A DNA stretch of 64,000 nt from NCBI GenBank assembly GCA_963727485.1, contig CAVSGM010000003.1, forward strand, positions 143,532-207,531, written 5' to 3'. Position 1 is the first letter of the stretch, and each line of letters begins with the position of its first letter. Below, in pieces: positions 29,991-40,878 of the stretch. Origin of the DNA: an uncultured delta proteobacterium (GTDB lineage: Bacteria; Myxococcota; Myxococcia; SLRQ01). Under the pieces are notes generated by a model. The model ran no database searches. It was not told the DNA's origin and saw only the letters and a program-made list of their open reading frames with translations. The translations under genes and the position numbers were made by a program.

Positions 29991-30971
29991 ATGAGCCGCA
30001 TCGCTGCCTCGATCCTCCTCGTGATGCTCATGGTGCCCGGGGCCGCCCGGGCCGCCGGGAAGACGCCCAAGTGCCACAAGCCCTCCAGCGCCCTGGAGGC
30101 CAAGGCGGTGAAGGTCGCCGAGCTCGGCTGGGCCTCCCACGACCCCCACGACCGGGCGGTGGCGCTCGGGATCCTGGCGCGGGTCCGAGGGGCCTGCGAG
30201 GCCCGGCGCATCGCCGAGGGGCTTCACGCGAAGAACCCGGAGCTGAGGTCGGCGGCGGCGCTGGCGGCGGCGGAGGTGGGCGTGGAGAAGGCCGCGGCGA
30301 AGCAGGCGGCCACCTCGCTTTTGGGCACGGAGAGCGGCTACCTCCGGGTCCGCGCGGCGCTCACGCTCCTGCGCCTCGGGGACGACGCCGGGCGTAAGGC
30401 CCTGGTGCACCTGGCCCTCGGGGCGCCGAAGACGCCCAAGGGCCCGCCCACGGTGGGGTTCGCGGTGGCGACCTACGCGGCGATGCGGCTGTCGGCCGAC
30501 GCGAAGCGGGCCGGGCGCGGGGCGCTGATGGCGCTGCTCGGCGGCCAGCCCGACGTGGACCTCATGGCCCGGGCGGGGCTGGTGCGTCTCGGCGACAAGG
30601 ACCAGCTGGCGCGGCTGCGGGCGGCGGCGGCGGCGGGGCAGCCGACGGCGATCCGGCTCCTGGGCGAGGTGGGCTCCAAGGCGGACGTGGCGGCGATCCG
30701 CAAGGGCATGGGCCGCTCGCCCCAGGCGCACCAGGCGGCGCTCCAGGGGCTGGCGGCGCTCGGGGACACGGGGCCGCTGATGGCCGAGATGGCCGGGGTG
30801 GATCTCGCCCACGTGAACCACAAGAGCATGCTGCTCCTGGCCACGGCGTCGCGGGCGGGGGCCAAGGCGCTGCTGCCGCGGTTCGAGGGGCTGCTCGAGA
30901 ACGGGCGGCTGCCCATGCGCCTCTACGCGGCGTACCTGGTGGTCCGGGCGGATCACCCGGGGCTGCCGTAG
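29991..30971 (+). CDS. Secreted HEAT/PBS-lyase-like repeat protein
   Basis: Signal peptide MSRIAASILLVMLMVPGAARA, then repeated ALGxLxxxEA/ARxAAAxALG modules. Confidence 0.5.
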   Translation: MSRIAASILLVMLMVPGAARAAGKTPKCHKPSSALEAKAVKVAELGWASHDPHDRAVALGILARVRGACEARRIAEGLHAKNPELRSAAALAAAEVGVEKAAAKQAATSLLGTESGYLRVRAALTLLRLGDDAGRKALVHLALGAPKTPKGPPTVGFAVATYAAMRLSADAKRAGRGALMALLGGQPDVDLMARAGLVRLGDKDQLARLRAAAAAGQPTAIRLLGEVGSKADVAAIRKGMGRSPQAHQAALQGLAALGDTGPLMAEMAGVDLAHVNHKSMLLLATASRAGAKALLPRFEGLLENGRLPMRLYAAYLVVRADHPGLP

Positions 30972-30980
30972 ACTCGGGGC

Positions 30981-31881
30981 GTGCCCGAGCTCCCCGACGT
31001 CACGGTGTACGTGGAGGCCCTCGCCGAGCGGGTGGTCGGGGCGCCGCTGGAACGGGTGCGCCTCTTGAGCCCCTTCGTGCTGCGGACGGTGGACCCAGCC
31101 GTCGGCGAGGTGGAGGGCCGGGTGGTGCGCGGCGTCCGGCGGCTCGGCAAGCGGGTGGTGCTCGAGCTCGCCGGGGACGTGTACCTGGCGATCCACCTGA
31201 TGATCGCCGGGCGGCTGAAGTGGCTGGAGCCCGGGGCGCCGGTTCCGAAGAAGGCGGGGCTGGCGGCCTTCGACTTCCCCTCGGGGACCTTGGTGCTCAC
31301 GGAGGCCGGGTCCAAGCGGCGGGCGGCGCTGCACCTGGTGCGCGGGGCCGAGGGGCTCGCCGAGCTGGACCGGGGTGGGGTGGAGCCCCTGGAGGTGGAC
31401 CTCGACGGGCTTCCGGGCGGCGCTGACCCGGGAGGTCCACACGCTCAAGAGGTCGCTCACCGATCCGAGGATCTTCTCGGGCATCGGCAACGCCTACTCC
31501 GACGAGATCCTCCACCGGGCGGGACTCTCGCCGGCGAAGCGCACCGACCAGATGGACGACGCGGAGGTCGCGGCGCTCTTCGAGGCGACGCGGGCGGTGC
31601 TGCGGGGGTGGACCGAGCGGCTGCGCGCCGAGGCCGGCGGGGGGTTCCCGGGGAAGGTCACCGCGTTTCGCGAGGGGATGGCGGTGCACGGGCGGTACCG
31701 GAAGCCGTGCCCGGTGTGCGGCACGGAGATCCAGCGCATCCGCTACGCCGACAACGAGACCAACTACTGCCCGCGGTGCCAGACCGGGGGGCGGCTCTTG
31801 TCGGACCGGGGGCTCAAGCGGCTCCTGCGCGAGGACTGGCCGAAGACCATCGAGGCGCTGGAGGCGCGGCGGGGGCGGTAG
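30981..31881 (+). CDS. mutM: Formamidopyrimidine-DNA glycosylase (Fpg/MutM/Nei family); one single-base insertion near 31408
   Basis: [14 protein letters not shown] has the N-terminal Pro nucleophile. The C-terminal half carries the H2TH motif and zinc finger ([31 protein letters not shown]). The halves sit in two frames joined at ...[15 protein letters not shown]. Confidence 0.8.
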
Positions 31882-32022
31882 GGCGCCGCACCCGGTGCTA
31901 CCGGCCGAGGGCCTGCAGCGCCGCGCGGATCCGAGGCACGGACTGCTGCGGGATGCCCACGACCTGGTCGCAGCAGTCGCAGACGGCGGAGGAGGCTTCG
32001 CCGGGCTCGTGGGGCTGCCTGG

Positions 32023-32591
32023 TCATGCTTCGATACCGAGGGCCTGGTCGAGGCGCTTCTCGAGGGCGCCAAAGGTAGCATCGAAGCGGTCCCGACGCAG
32101 GCCCGCGAGGACGGCGTTCACCGCGGCGAGGAAGCGCGCGCGCTCGGCCTCGGCGGGGTCGAGGAGCTCTCGGGCGGCGAGCCAGCTCGCCACCTCGTGC
32201 CAGCTCCAGAGGCGCGACTGGTCGAGCACGGCGACGGGGGCCGGGAACTCCCCAGCGCGCCGCTCGCCGGCGATCCAGAGGCGGATGCCCTCGCGGGTTC
32301 GGCCGGTGCGCCGGGCGATGTCGGCGGCGGTAACGAGGTCGTCGGGGAGTCACACGGACGACCCTCGCGCCGAGGCCCGCGGCGGCGACGTCCCGGATGG
32401 CGGAGAGCACGGCGACCTCCAGGCCGTCGGCCTCGCGGTCGAAGTCCAGGGTGGCGGTGCCCGCGCGGATGGTGAGCAGGGCGTCGTCGCACCCGGCTTC
32501 GAAGAGGGCGTCCTCGACCCGGCCGTCGTCGGGCGAGAGGCCGTCGACGACCAGGGAGAAGTGGAAGACGCTGGTGTCGGTGCTGGCCATG
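32023..32591 (-). CDS. Hypothetical protein with C-terminal HTH-like segment; one single-base frameshift near 32343
   Basis: MASTDTSVFHFSLVVDGLSPDDGRVEDALFEAG... then ...DLVTAADIARRTGRTREGIRLWIAGER... after a frame change in a C-run (gtgactccccgac). Confidence 0.35.
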
Positions 32592-32768
32592 GTGCCCTCG
32601 AAGTGCGGTTTCGGGTGCCTCGGTCTCGATGTGGGCAGCCTGGTGTGGATGTTGACCATTGTCAACAGTCGACGGTGGGGCGCGCCGGGCGCAGGTTGCG
32701 ACCTGCCGTCCCGCTCGTCTACGCTGGGCAGGCGCCCGAGGTGGGCGCAGAGGTGGTCAAGATGAAGC

Positions 32769-33701
32769 ATGCAGTCGCGGTCGTCCTCGGTGCTCCTCCT
32801 CGCGCTCCCGGGCGCGGCCCACGCCGCCGAGAGCGGCCTCACGCGGGCGGCCGCAGCCCTGGCCCAGGCCCAGCGGAGCTTCCCGGACGCCGCGGCGTCG
32901 TGGGCGTGGTCGGCGAAGAGCGCCCAGGCCGCGCCGAACGCCGCGGGGCTGGTGGCGCTGGGCCTGGTGCGCGGCTACGGGCGGACCGGCGACGCCTCGG
33001 CGCTGGCGGCGGCGCGGCGGTGGGGCGAGGCGCGGCTCGCGGACCTGGCCGCCTGGCGGCCCTTGTACGACCCGGACGTCGAGGCCCTGGCGGCGCTGGG
33101 GCGCGCCACGGGGGACGCCAACTACACCGAGGCGGCGCGCACGGCCTTCGACCGGCGCTGGGGCGGCGCCACCGGCGACGAGGCCCTGGCGCGCCTGAAG
33201 ATGATCCGCGGCGCCAACCTGGGCTACGTGGGCTACGACGCGGCGCTGGCCATCCGGGCGGCGCGGGCGGTGGGCCACGGGGCCTTCGCGGCGGCGCTGG
33301 CGCGGGCGGTGGTCTCGGCGCCGGGCCTGGTGCCGGCGATCACCGACCCGCGGGGGATCGGCGTGACCGCCCGGGCGGCGCTGGTGGGCGCGGTGACCGG
33401 CCTCGACGACCCGGCGGTGGTCGCGGCGGCGGGCCGGTGGGCCGAGGCCCTGGTGGCCGCCCAGGGGCGCGACGGGAGCTGGTCGTTCCACAACACCCAG
33501 GCGACGGCCTACGCGGTGGCGGCCCTGGCGACGCGCACCCCGGCGGCGGCGGCCAAGGGGCGCGCCTGGCTCACGAAGACCCAGCGCCCCGACGGCACCT
33601 GGACCACCTTCGACGACGGGATGCCCGCGGCGTTCTCCGGGCCGGTGGTCCACGAGGTCTCGGCGGAGGCGCTGCTGGCGCTCGCGGACACCCAGCCCTA
33701 G
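32769..33701 (+). CDS. Secreted hypothetical protein, possible alpha/alpha-toroid (prenyltransferase/terpene-cyclase-like) repeats
   Basis: Signal peptide MQSRSSSVLLLALPGAAHA. Repeated ...DGSW.../...DGTW... motifs, Ala-rich. Confidence 0.4.
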   Translation: MQSRSSSVLLLALPGAAHAAESGLTRAAAALAQAQRSFPDAAASWAWSAKSAQAAPNAAGLVALGLVRGYGRTGDASALAAARRWGEARLADLAAWRPLYDPDVEALAALGRATGDANYTEAARTAFDRRWGGATGDEALARLKMIRGANLGYVGYDAALAIRAARAVGHGAFAAALARAVVSAPGLVPAITDPRGIGVTARAALVGAVTGLDDPAVVAAAGRWAEALVAAQGRDGSWSFHNTQATAYAVAALATRTPAAAAKGRAWLTKTQRPDGTWTTFDDGMPAAFSGPVVHEVSAEALLALADTQP

Positions 33702-33714
33702 AGGTCCAAGGGCG

Positions 33715-34839
33715 GTGAGCGGTCGTCGAGAGCGGGTCCGGGCCCGGGGGCGTCGTCGTCGCCGGCGGCTGGCGGTGGCGCACGTGGTCTCCGTGGCGGT
33801 GCACCTGCTGCCGCTGGTGGCGCTGGTGGGGTTGGAGTGGCCCGATCTGAGCGCGGAGCCCGAGGTGCCCATGCGGCGGGTGGTCGAGGTGCGGCTGGAG
33901 GCGCAGCGGCCGCCCAAGGACGTGATGTTCCAGGCCGAGCACGACTCGGACGTGAAGCAGGCGACGACGGCGGTGGCGAGTGGGGCGGCGATGCGGACGC
34001 GGGGTGGGGTGGTGACCCAGCGGCCGGCGCCTCGGTCGCGGGCGGCGGCCCGGGCGGCGAGGCAGCTTCGCCCGCGGCGGCGTGGGGCGGTGCGGCGTTC
34101 GGCAGCCGCGGAGGCGCCGCATTCGGTCGCCAGGCAGCCCCACCGGGCCGCCCCTCGGCCGGCAGAGGCGGTGCTGGCGTCTGCGCACGTCGCCGCACAT
34201 GGGCGCACCCTGGCGCTGGCCCACGCGGCGGTGGACCTGACGCCCGCGCCCGCGCCGGCGCGGCCTTCGGTGTCCGCGCCGGCCGCTCGTGACGCGGTTG
34301 CGCATGCCGCGGCGGCCGAGGTGGATCGCCCCCCTCGGGACGCCGACACAGACGCCGCCCCCGACGTCGAGCTCGCCGACGCCCAGGTGCCCCAGCCGCC
34401 GAGCCCCTACGTGCCCTCCTCGCCGGCCGCTGAGGCCCCAAGCCAGCGCGCCGAGGCGGCACCCGCGGCCCACATTCCGGGCCTGCGGCCGGCGATGCGC
34501 ACCCAGGTCCCCGCCCGCGCCATGCTCCTGGCCGCCTACCTGCGCCGCGTGCGCGACCGGATCCGGCACGAGTGGCACCCGAAGCTGGTCCTCGGTGGGG
34601 GAAACACGGTGTGGCGCCCGGTGGAGGTGCAGGTGTACATGGCGGTCGCCGCCGACGGCAGCCTCGAGACCGTCCGCGTGGCCCGGAGCTGCGGGAACGC
34701 CGGCATCGACGGGCAGGCGCTGGCGGCGGTGAAGCGCGCCGAACCGTTCCTCCCGCCCCCGGCGGCACTGCTCCACGGCGGGGTGGTGGGCTTCACCTTC
34801 GGGGCCATGGCCCTGGGGGCTGGCGCCGGGGTTCCGTAG
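33715..34839 (+). CDS. TonB-family energy-transducer protein
   Basis: N-terminal TM (VAHVVSVAVHLLPLVALV), Pro/Ala-rich spacer, C-terminal TonB domain (YLRRVRDRIRHEWHP...GNAGIDGQALAAVKRAEPFLPPP). Confidence 0.65.
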   Translation: MSGRRERVRARGRRRRRRLAVAHVVSVAVHLLPLVALVGLEWPDLSAEPEVPMRRVVEVRLEAQRPPKDVMFQAEHDSDVKQATTAVASGAAMRTRGGVVTQRPAPRSRAAARAARQLRPRRRGAVRRSAAAEAPHSVARQPHRAAPRPAEAVLASAHVAAHGRTLALAHAAVDLTPAPAPARPSVSAPAARDAVAHAAAAEVDRPPRDADTDAAPDVELADAQVPQPPSPYVPSSPAAEAPSQRAEAAPAAHIPGLRPAMRTQVPARAMLLAAYLRRVRDRIRHEWHPKLVLGGGNTVWRPVEVQVYMAVAADGSLETVRVARSCGNAGIDGQALAAVKRAEPFLPPPAALLHGGVVGFTFGAMALGAGAGVP

Positions 34840-34902
34840 CACCCGGGCGGGCGGTGCCCCGGGCTGGACTCGGCCCCGGCGCCTCAGGGTAGTCTCGGGC
34901 AG

Positions 34903-35824
34903 ATGTCCACGGACCCCACCAACGGCCGGCTGACCCACCTGCGCCAGCTCGAGGCGGAGAGCATCCAGATCCTCCGCGAGGCGGCCGCCGAGTTCGAGAA
35001 CCCGGTGATGCTCTACAGCATCGGCAAGGACTCCTCGGTGCTGGTCCGCCTGGCCCAGAAGGCCTTCTACCCGGGCCCGCTGCCGTTCCCGCTTTTGCAT
35101 ATTGACACCACCTTCAAGTTCCGGGAGATGATCAGCTTCCGGGACCGGTTCACCCAGGAGCAGGGCCTGCGCCTGTTGGTCCACACCAACCCGGACGGCC
35201 TGAAGCTGGGAATGAATCCCTTCGACTTCGGGTCTGCCAAGCACACGCAGGTGATGAAGACCGATGCGCTGCGCCAGGCCCTCGACCACTGGCGCTTCGA
35301 CTGCGCCTTCGGTGGGGCCCGGCGGGACGAGGAGCGCAGCCGGGCCAAAGAGCGGGTATTCTCCTTCCGCGATCGGTTTCACCAGTGGGACCCGAAGCGC
35401 CAGCGGCCTGAGCTGTGGAACCTCTACAACGGCCGCATCAACCCGGGCGAGAGCGTCCGCGTCTTCCCCATCAGCAACTGGACCGAGCTCGACGTCTGGC
35501 TCTACATCCACGTGGAGAAGATCCCGCGTGGTGCCGCTCTACTTCGCCAAGAAGCGCCCGGTGGTCGAGCGCCAGGGCCAGCTCCTCATGGTCGACGACG
35601 ACCGGCTGCCCCTCGAGGACGGCGAGGAGCCGATGATGAAGAAGGTCCGGTTCCGGACGCTCGGGTGCTACCCGCTGACCGCCGGCGTCGAGAGCGAGGC
35701 GGACACGGTGCCCAAGATCCTTCGGGAGATGCTCGAGTCGCGCTTGAGCGAGCGGCAGGGCCGCCTCATCGACACCGACGAGGACGCGTCGATGGAGAAG
35801 AAGAAGCGCGAGGGGTACTTCTGA
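34903..35824 (+). CDS. cysD: Sulfate adenylyltransferase subunit 2; one single-base insertion near 35524
   Basis: [35 protein letters not shown] is the PAPS-reductase-like fold. The C-terminal [20 protein letters not shown]...KKKREGYF is in a second frame. Confidence 0.85.
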
Positions 35825-35836
35825 TGCGCGCGGTGC

Positions 35837-37676
35837 TTGGATGAGCGAGCAGGGTCGCACATCGAGGACATCGACGCCTGGCTGGCGGACTACCAGGAGA
35901 AGGAGCTCCTGCGGTTCGTGGCGGTGGGGTCGGTGGATGACGGCAAGTCGACGCTCATCGGCCGCCTGCTGCACGACACCGGGATGGTCTACGAGGACCA
36001 GCTCGAGGCGGCGCAGCGGGCGAGCCGGATGCCCGACGGGAGCCTCGACTTCTCGCTGCTGACCGACGGGCTGGCCGCCGAGCGCGAGCAGGGCATCACC
36101 ATCGACGTCGCGTACCGGTACTTCTCCACCGAGCAGGCGCAAGTTCATCATCGCCGATACGCCGGGGCACGTGCAGTACACCCGGAACATGGTGACCGGC
36201 GCGTCCACCGCGGACGTGGCGCTGATCCTCATCGACGCGCGGCTCGGGGTGCTGGAGCAGAGCCGGCGGCACGCGACCATCGCCTCGCTGCTGGGGATCC
36301 CGCACCTGGCCGTGTGCGTGAACAAGATGGACCTGGTGAGCTGGGACCAGGCGGTCTTCGAGCGCATCCGGGAGGACTTCAGCGCCTTCGCGGCGGACCT
36401 GGGGTTCAAGGACACCGCGTTCATCCCCGTGAGTGCGGTACGCGGCTCCAACATCGTCGAGCCGAGCACGCGGATGCCCTGGTACGACGGCCAGACGGTG
36501 CTCGGGTACCTGGAGCGCGTGCCGGTTGGCGCCGACCGGAATCTGGAAGACCTGCGGTTCCCGGTGCAGTACGTGATCCGGCCCGACCTGAACTACCGCG
36601 GCTACGCCGGCGAGGTGGTGAGCGGGACCGCGAAGGTGGGGCAGGAGGTGATGGTCCTCCCCGGCGGGCAGAAGAGCCGGGTGAAGGCCATCGACACCTT
36701 CGATGGGCCGCTGCGCGAGGCCGAGACCCCGCGGTCCGTGGTGGTGCGCCTCGAGGACGAGGTCGACGTGAGCCGCGGCGACATGCTCGTGGATGCAGGG
36801 CGGATCCCCCGGGTGCGCCGGCGCTTCGAGGCCCACCTGGTGTGGATGAGCGAGCGTCCCCTGGACCTCCAGAAGACCTACCTGCTCAAGCACACCACCC
36901 AGACCGTGCGGGCGCAGATCGGTCGGGTGGCGTGGAAGAAGGACATGGAGACGCTGGCCGAGGTGCCCGGCCGAGGGCCTCGCGCTCAACGACATCGGGC
37001 GGGTGGAGGTGACCTGCCACCGGGCGTTCTACTTCGACCCCTACCGGGTGAACCGGGCGACCGGCGCGTTCATCGTCATCGACTCGCTGACCAACGACAC
37101 CGTTGGCGCCGGGATGATCGTCGACGGTGCGGCGGAGCAGGGCCTCGACGAGGTCGTCCAGGAGCTCCATGCCGGGTCGGCGCTGGTGCCCAAGAGCCAG
37201 GTGAGCCCCCGGGAGCGGTTCGAGCGGCTCGGGCAGAAGGGCTGCGTGGTGTGGCTCACCGGGCTGCCGGGCTCGGGGAAGTGGCCGCTGGCCTACGCCC
37301 TGGAGCGGCGCCTCTTCGACATGGGGCACACCGCCACGGTGGTGGTCCCCACCGGCGAGGACCTCCGGACGATGATCAGCGCCGCCAAGGCCGGCGCCGA
37401 CGCGGGGCTCATCACCATCTGCGCCTTCGCCAGCTACGGCCGGGCCGACCGGGCGGCGGTGCGCGAGCGGGTGGGGGCCGAGCGCTTCGTCCACGTGTAC
37501 GTGAACACCGACCCGGCGCTGTGCCGGGAGCGGCGGCCCGACGCGAGCTTCGAGGGCTTCGAGGTGCCCGCAGCGCCCGGAGGTGACGGTGGCGCTCGAC
37601 GAGATGGACCTCGACGGAGCCATCGAGGCGATCCTCGAGGACCTGGGGCGGCGCGGGCAGTTCCGGCCACGCTAGC
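35837..37676 (+). CDS. cysNC: Bifunctional sulfate adenylyltransferase subunit 1 / adenylylsulfate kinase (CysN/CysC fusion); three single-base frameshifts (~36138, ~36975, ~37577)
   Basis: GTPase motifs GSVDDGKST and DTPGH; an EF-Tu-like beta-barrel region; and a C-terminal APS-kinase P-loop ([11 protein letters not shown]). It is split over ORFs 35837.., 36171.. and 37003... Confidence 0.85.
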
Positions 37677-37732
37677 TTTGCAGCTACGGTTCCGACACTG
37701 CGTTCGGTGGGAACGCGGGGTGCCCGGGACGG

Positions 37733-37774
37733 TGCAGACTGTTTCGGTCTTGAACGCAGGTTTCGTCTGCAAGT
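37733..37774. promoter_or_regulatory. Inverted repeat TGCAGAC-N28-GTCTGCA with internal GTTTCGGTCT/GTTTCGTCT half-repeats, upstream of the MarR-type regulator
   Basis: tgcagactgtttcggtcttgaacgcaggtttcgtctgca lies in the lower-GC intergenic region between cysNC and the regulator. Confidence 0.3.
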
Positions 37775-37880
37775 CGAAGAAGGACTCCGGGCGCCGCCCG
37801 GCCCTGCTGAAGGCCGCCAGCCCGCCCTCGCAGTCCCGCCCGCCGGTCCAGTTCTGGGACCGAACCGGGGCGGAGTGTGA

Positions 37881-38435
37881 ATGACGCTGGGCGCTTCACT
37901 CGCCAACCGAGGGGATGGATACCATCGTGACGAGCTCCGGCTCCTCGAGGCCCTCCATGAGTCCCCCGAGCAGAGTCAGCGGGAGCTCGCCAAGCAGGCA
38001 GGCCTCTCGCTCAGCAAGGCCCACTTGGTGCTCAAGCGGCTCGCCCAGCGGGGGATGGTGACGGTGAAGACCACACCGGCCAGCGGTCACCGCCTCGGCT
38101 ACCGGTACCAGCTTACCCCACGCGGGCACGCCCGAAAGGCGCTGCTTCGCTACCGTCTGCTCCAGAGAACGGCGGAGGAGTACCAGGACGCCGTGCGGCG
38201 CCTGAAGACGCGCGTGCGGGAGGCTTGGCGCCAGCACAAGCCGGCGTCGCGACGGGGTCCGCCGGCAATCCTTCTTGTGGGGTCGGGGGCCCTCTCCGAC
38301 CTGGTAAGGGACGTGGTGCAGCGCGCGGGGATGCCGGTGGTGGACGACGCCGCGCGGGCCGACCTGGCCATCGTCCTCGACCCCCGGGAGGCGGATAGTG
38401 TGGACTCCCGTCTGGCGAAGGTGGGGCTCGGATGA
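37881..38435 (+). CDS. MarR-family winged-helix regulator of the EPS-associated type
   Basis: [45 protein letters not shown]... The MarR wHTH pattern and the position at the head of a polysaccharide gene block suggest an EPS-associated MarR subfamily. Confidence 0.6.
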   Translation: MTLGASLANRGDGYHRDELRLLEALHESPEQSQRELAKQAGLSLSKAHLVLKRLAQRGMVTVKTTPASGHRLGYRYQLTPRGHARKALLRYRLLQRTAEEYQDAVRRLKTRVREAWRQHKPASRRGPPAILLVGSGALSDLVRDVVQRAGMPVVDDAARADLAIVLDPREADSVDSRLAKVGLG

Positions 38436-38454
38436 GCATCACCGAGCGGGGATG

Positions 38455-39500
38455 GAGATGAACCCCTCGTCCTTGTGGCGATCGGCGCCCGCAGTGGCGA
38501 GGGTCTACCGCGCACCCTCCCTCGGCGCCGCACTGGCAGTGGCGCCTGAGCCGGCGCTGAAGACCTTCGCTCGCGAGGAGGGGCTCGCGGCGCTCCTTGG
38601 GCGCCGGTGGGGCGTGTGGGGGAACGATGTCCAGGCGAGCGTGGCCAACGCGCTGGTGGCCGAGCAGGCAACCCGCCGGGCAATCTGTGCCCTGGAGGAC
38701 GAAGGCATCCCGGTGGTGGTCCTCAAGGGTGTGGTGGCCGCGCGCCTCGGCTGGACGAACCGTTCCTGCGACCCCAGTCGGACATCGATCTGCTGGTGCT
38801 TCGTGCGGACGTGCGTCGCAGCATGGCGGTGCTCCACGACGGGGGCCTGACCACCACCGCTCCCCAGGAGCCCGACCCGTGGCTGCACCACCGGACCCTG
38901 CGGAGCCGTTCCGGTCCGCCCATCGAGCTGCACTATGCGCTCACCAACGACCTGGCGCTGACCCTGGACACGGCGTCGCTCCTCGAGGCCCGGGGGCACC
39001 TGGGAGAGGGGCCGTCGCGACTGCCCACCCTAGGGTTGGTGGAGACCTTCGTGTACCAGGTCCTCCACGCGGCGGTGCACCTCTGCGCGCGTCTGGCCTG
39101 GCTGGTGGACCTCGTCGGCCTGCTCGAGGCCGTTACCGCGGTTTGGGACCAAGTGCTGGCGACCGCCAACGCCTGGGGTGCCACCCTGGCCCTGCAGACG
39201 ACCCTCGGGGCTCTGGACACGCTGGTGGGTGCCGGGCACGTGCCGCCTGGCCGGTCCAGCGTACGACTCGGCGCCGGTCGGGTGGCGGCGCTGGAGGCCT
39301 ACGTGCTGGCACGGCGCCGTCTGCCGGGGTGGCTGTCCTGGCAGGTCGACCGGGCCGCGCGGCTCGGGCTCTCCGACCGGCTCGCCGGGCTGCTGCTGGG
39401 ATCTGCGAAGGCGCGAGGCAGCGCCTCGAGACGAGGCCAGGAGGCGCTGACCTGGGTTCGCGCCCGCGGCCAGGGCCCCCGCCAGGGCTGGCCAGGGTGA
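38455..39500 (+). CDS. PF14907-type uncharacterised nucleotidyltransferase; one single-base deletion near 38752
   Basis: ...ALEDEGIPVVVLKGVVAARLG... then in the adjacent frame ...DEPFLRPQSDIDLLVLRADVRRSMAVLHDGGL..., matching the family core. Confidence 0.55.
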
Positions 39501-39522
39501 GCAGGTCCCGAACGGAGCCCGA

Positions 39523-40878
39523 GTGACGGTCGCCGAGCACCGGCAGGGCCCTCCGGGGGGCCTCTCGATCCGTTCGCAATTTCGTGTGGGTTGCCGCCGG
39601 AAACCTAATCTACGGCGGCACCCAGTGGGGCCTGCTGGTTGCGATCGCGCGTGCGTTGAGCCCGGCGGCGGTCGGCCGCTATGCCCTCGGCCTCGCGTTC
39701 ACCGCACCGGTGTTTCTCTGCGGTCTTCAGCTGCGTGAGATCCTTGCGACCGACGCCAAGCGTGAGTACCCGTTTGCGGTCTACGCCCACCTCCGCTGGA
39801 CCTCGGTGCTCGCTTCGATAGTCCTCTCCTGGCTCCTGGTCCTCGCCCTCGGTTACGACCTCCAGATGCAGACCCTGGTGGTCCTCCTGGGGATCTCGAA
39901 GGCCGTGGGGTCGTTGAGCGAACTCCGGTATGGGCTCTTTCAGCTGCGGGAGCGCATGGGCCTCTCGTCCGCTCGCCGATACTTCGAGGCGTTCTCGACC
40001 TGGCCGCGGTGGTGGCCTCGGTGGTCGTGCTCCACAGCCTCGAGGTCGCCGTGGCCGGGCTGGCGGCCGCCTGGCTCATCGTCTACTTGGCCCATGACCT
40101 CCCCATCGCTCGCACTCTTCTCCATGCCGGCGAGGCTCCCGCCGCCGGCGCCGGTACGCGCCGTTCCAGGCTCTCGGACGCCCGGCCGCTTCTCCTGCGG
40201 GCGCTTCCCATGGGATTCGTGGTTCTGCTCATCTCGTTGAACGTGAGCGTCCCGCGGTACGCCATCGAGCACTGGTGGAATGCCCATGTGCTCGGTGTGT
40301 TCGCCGCCATGAACTACGTGTTCGTGGCGTTCGGGGGCGTGGTGATCGCGCTGGCCCAGGCTGTGACCCCGCGCTTGGCCCATATCATTCGGAGCGGCGA
40401 CCTGCCGAGTTCCGCAGGCTCCTGCTCCAGTCGCTGGGGGTTGGGGTGGCGGCCGGCGTCGGCACGGTGCTCGGTGTCGCGCTCCTCGGCCGGCCGGTGC
40501 TCAAGCTGGTGTACGGACCGGCCTTCGCTGGCCACCTCGACGTGTTTCTGGTCCTGGCCGTCGCGGGCGGCCTCGGATACGCTCGCACCTTTCTCGGGCA
40601 CGCGGTCACCGCGGCGCGCTGGTTCGCCATCCAGCCGCTGGTGGCCGTCTCCGGCCTCACCACCACCGTGGTTCTGGCGTGGCTGCTGGTCCCGCGCGGG
40701 GGCATGATGGGCGCCGCCCTGGCGGTGCTCGGAGGGTCTGTGGTGCAGACCATGGGCATGGGCAGTGTCGCCTCTGGGTATCTCGGGCGCTCTCCCGGGC
40801 ATCGATCGCGCAGCCCCGCCCCGAGGCATCGTGACCACCTCGGGTCCGGCCAGCGTCCGGATGCGGAAGGAACGATGA
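39523..40878 (+). CDS. wzx: Wzx-type polysaccharide flippase (MOP/PST family); at least three frameshifts, the first in a G6 run at ~39556
   Basis: After correction the N-terminus reads MTVAEHRQGPPGASRSVRNFVWVAAGNLIYGGTQWGLLVAIARALSPAAVGRYALGLAF. About 12 TM segments are spread over ORFs 39584.., 40009.. and 40275.. (...LLGISKAVGSLSELRYGLFQ...). Confidence 0.7.

Noticed and set aside
31868-31881. ops/JUMPStart-like GGCGGTAG 8-mer downstream of the NusG paralogue region
   Set aside because: It coincides with the last codons and TAG stop of fpg (…GGGCGGTAG) rather than an untranslated leader, and the 8-mer is not improbable at this GC content.
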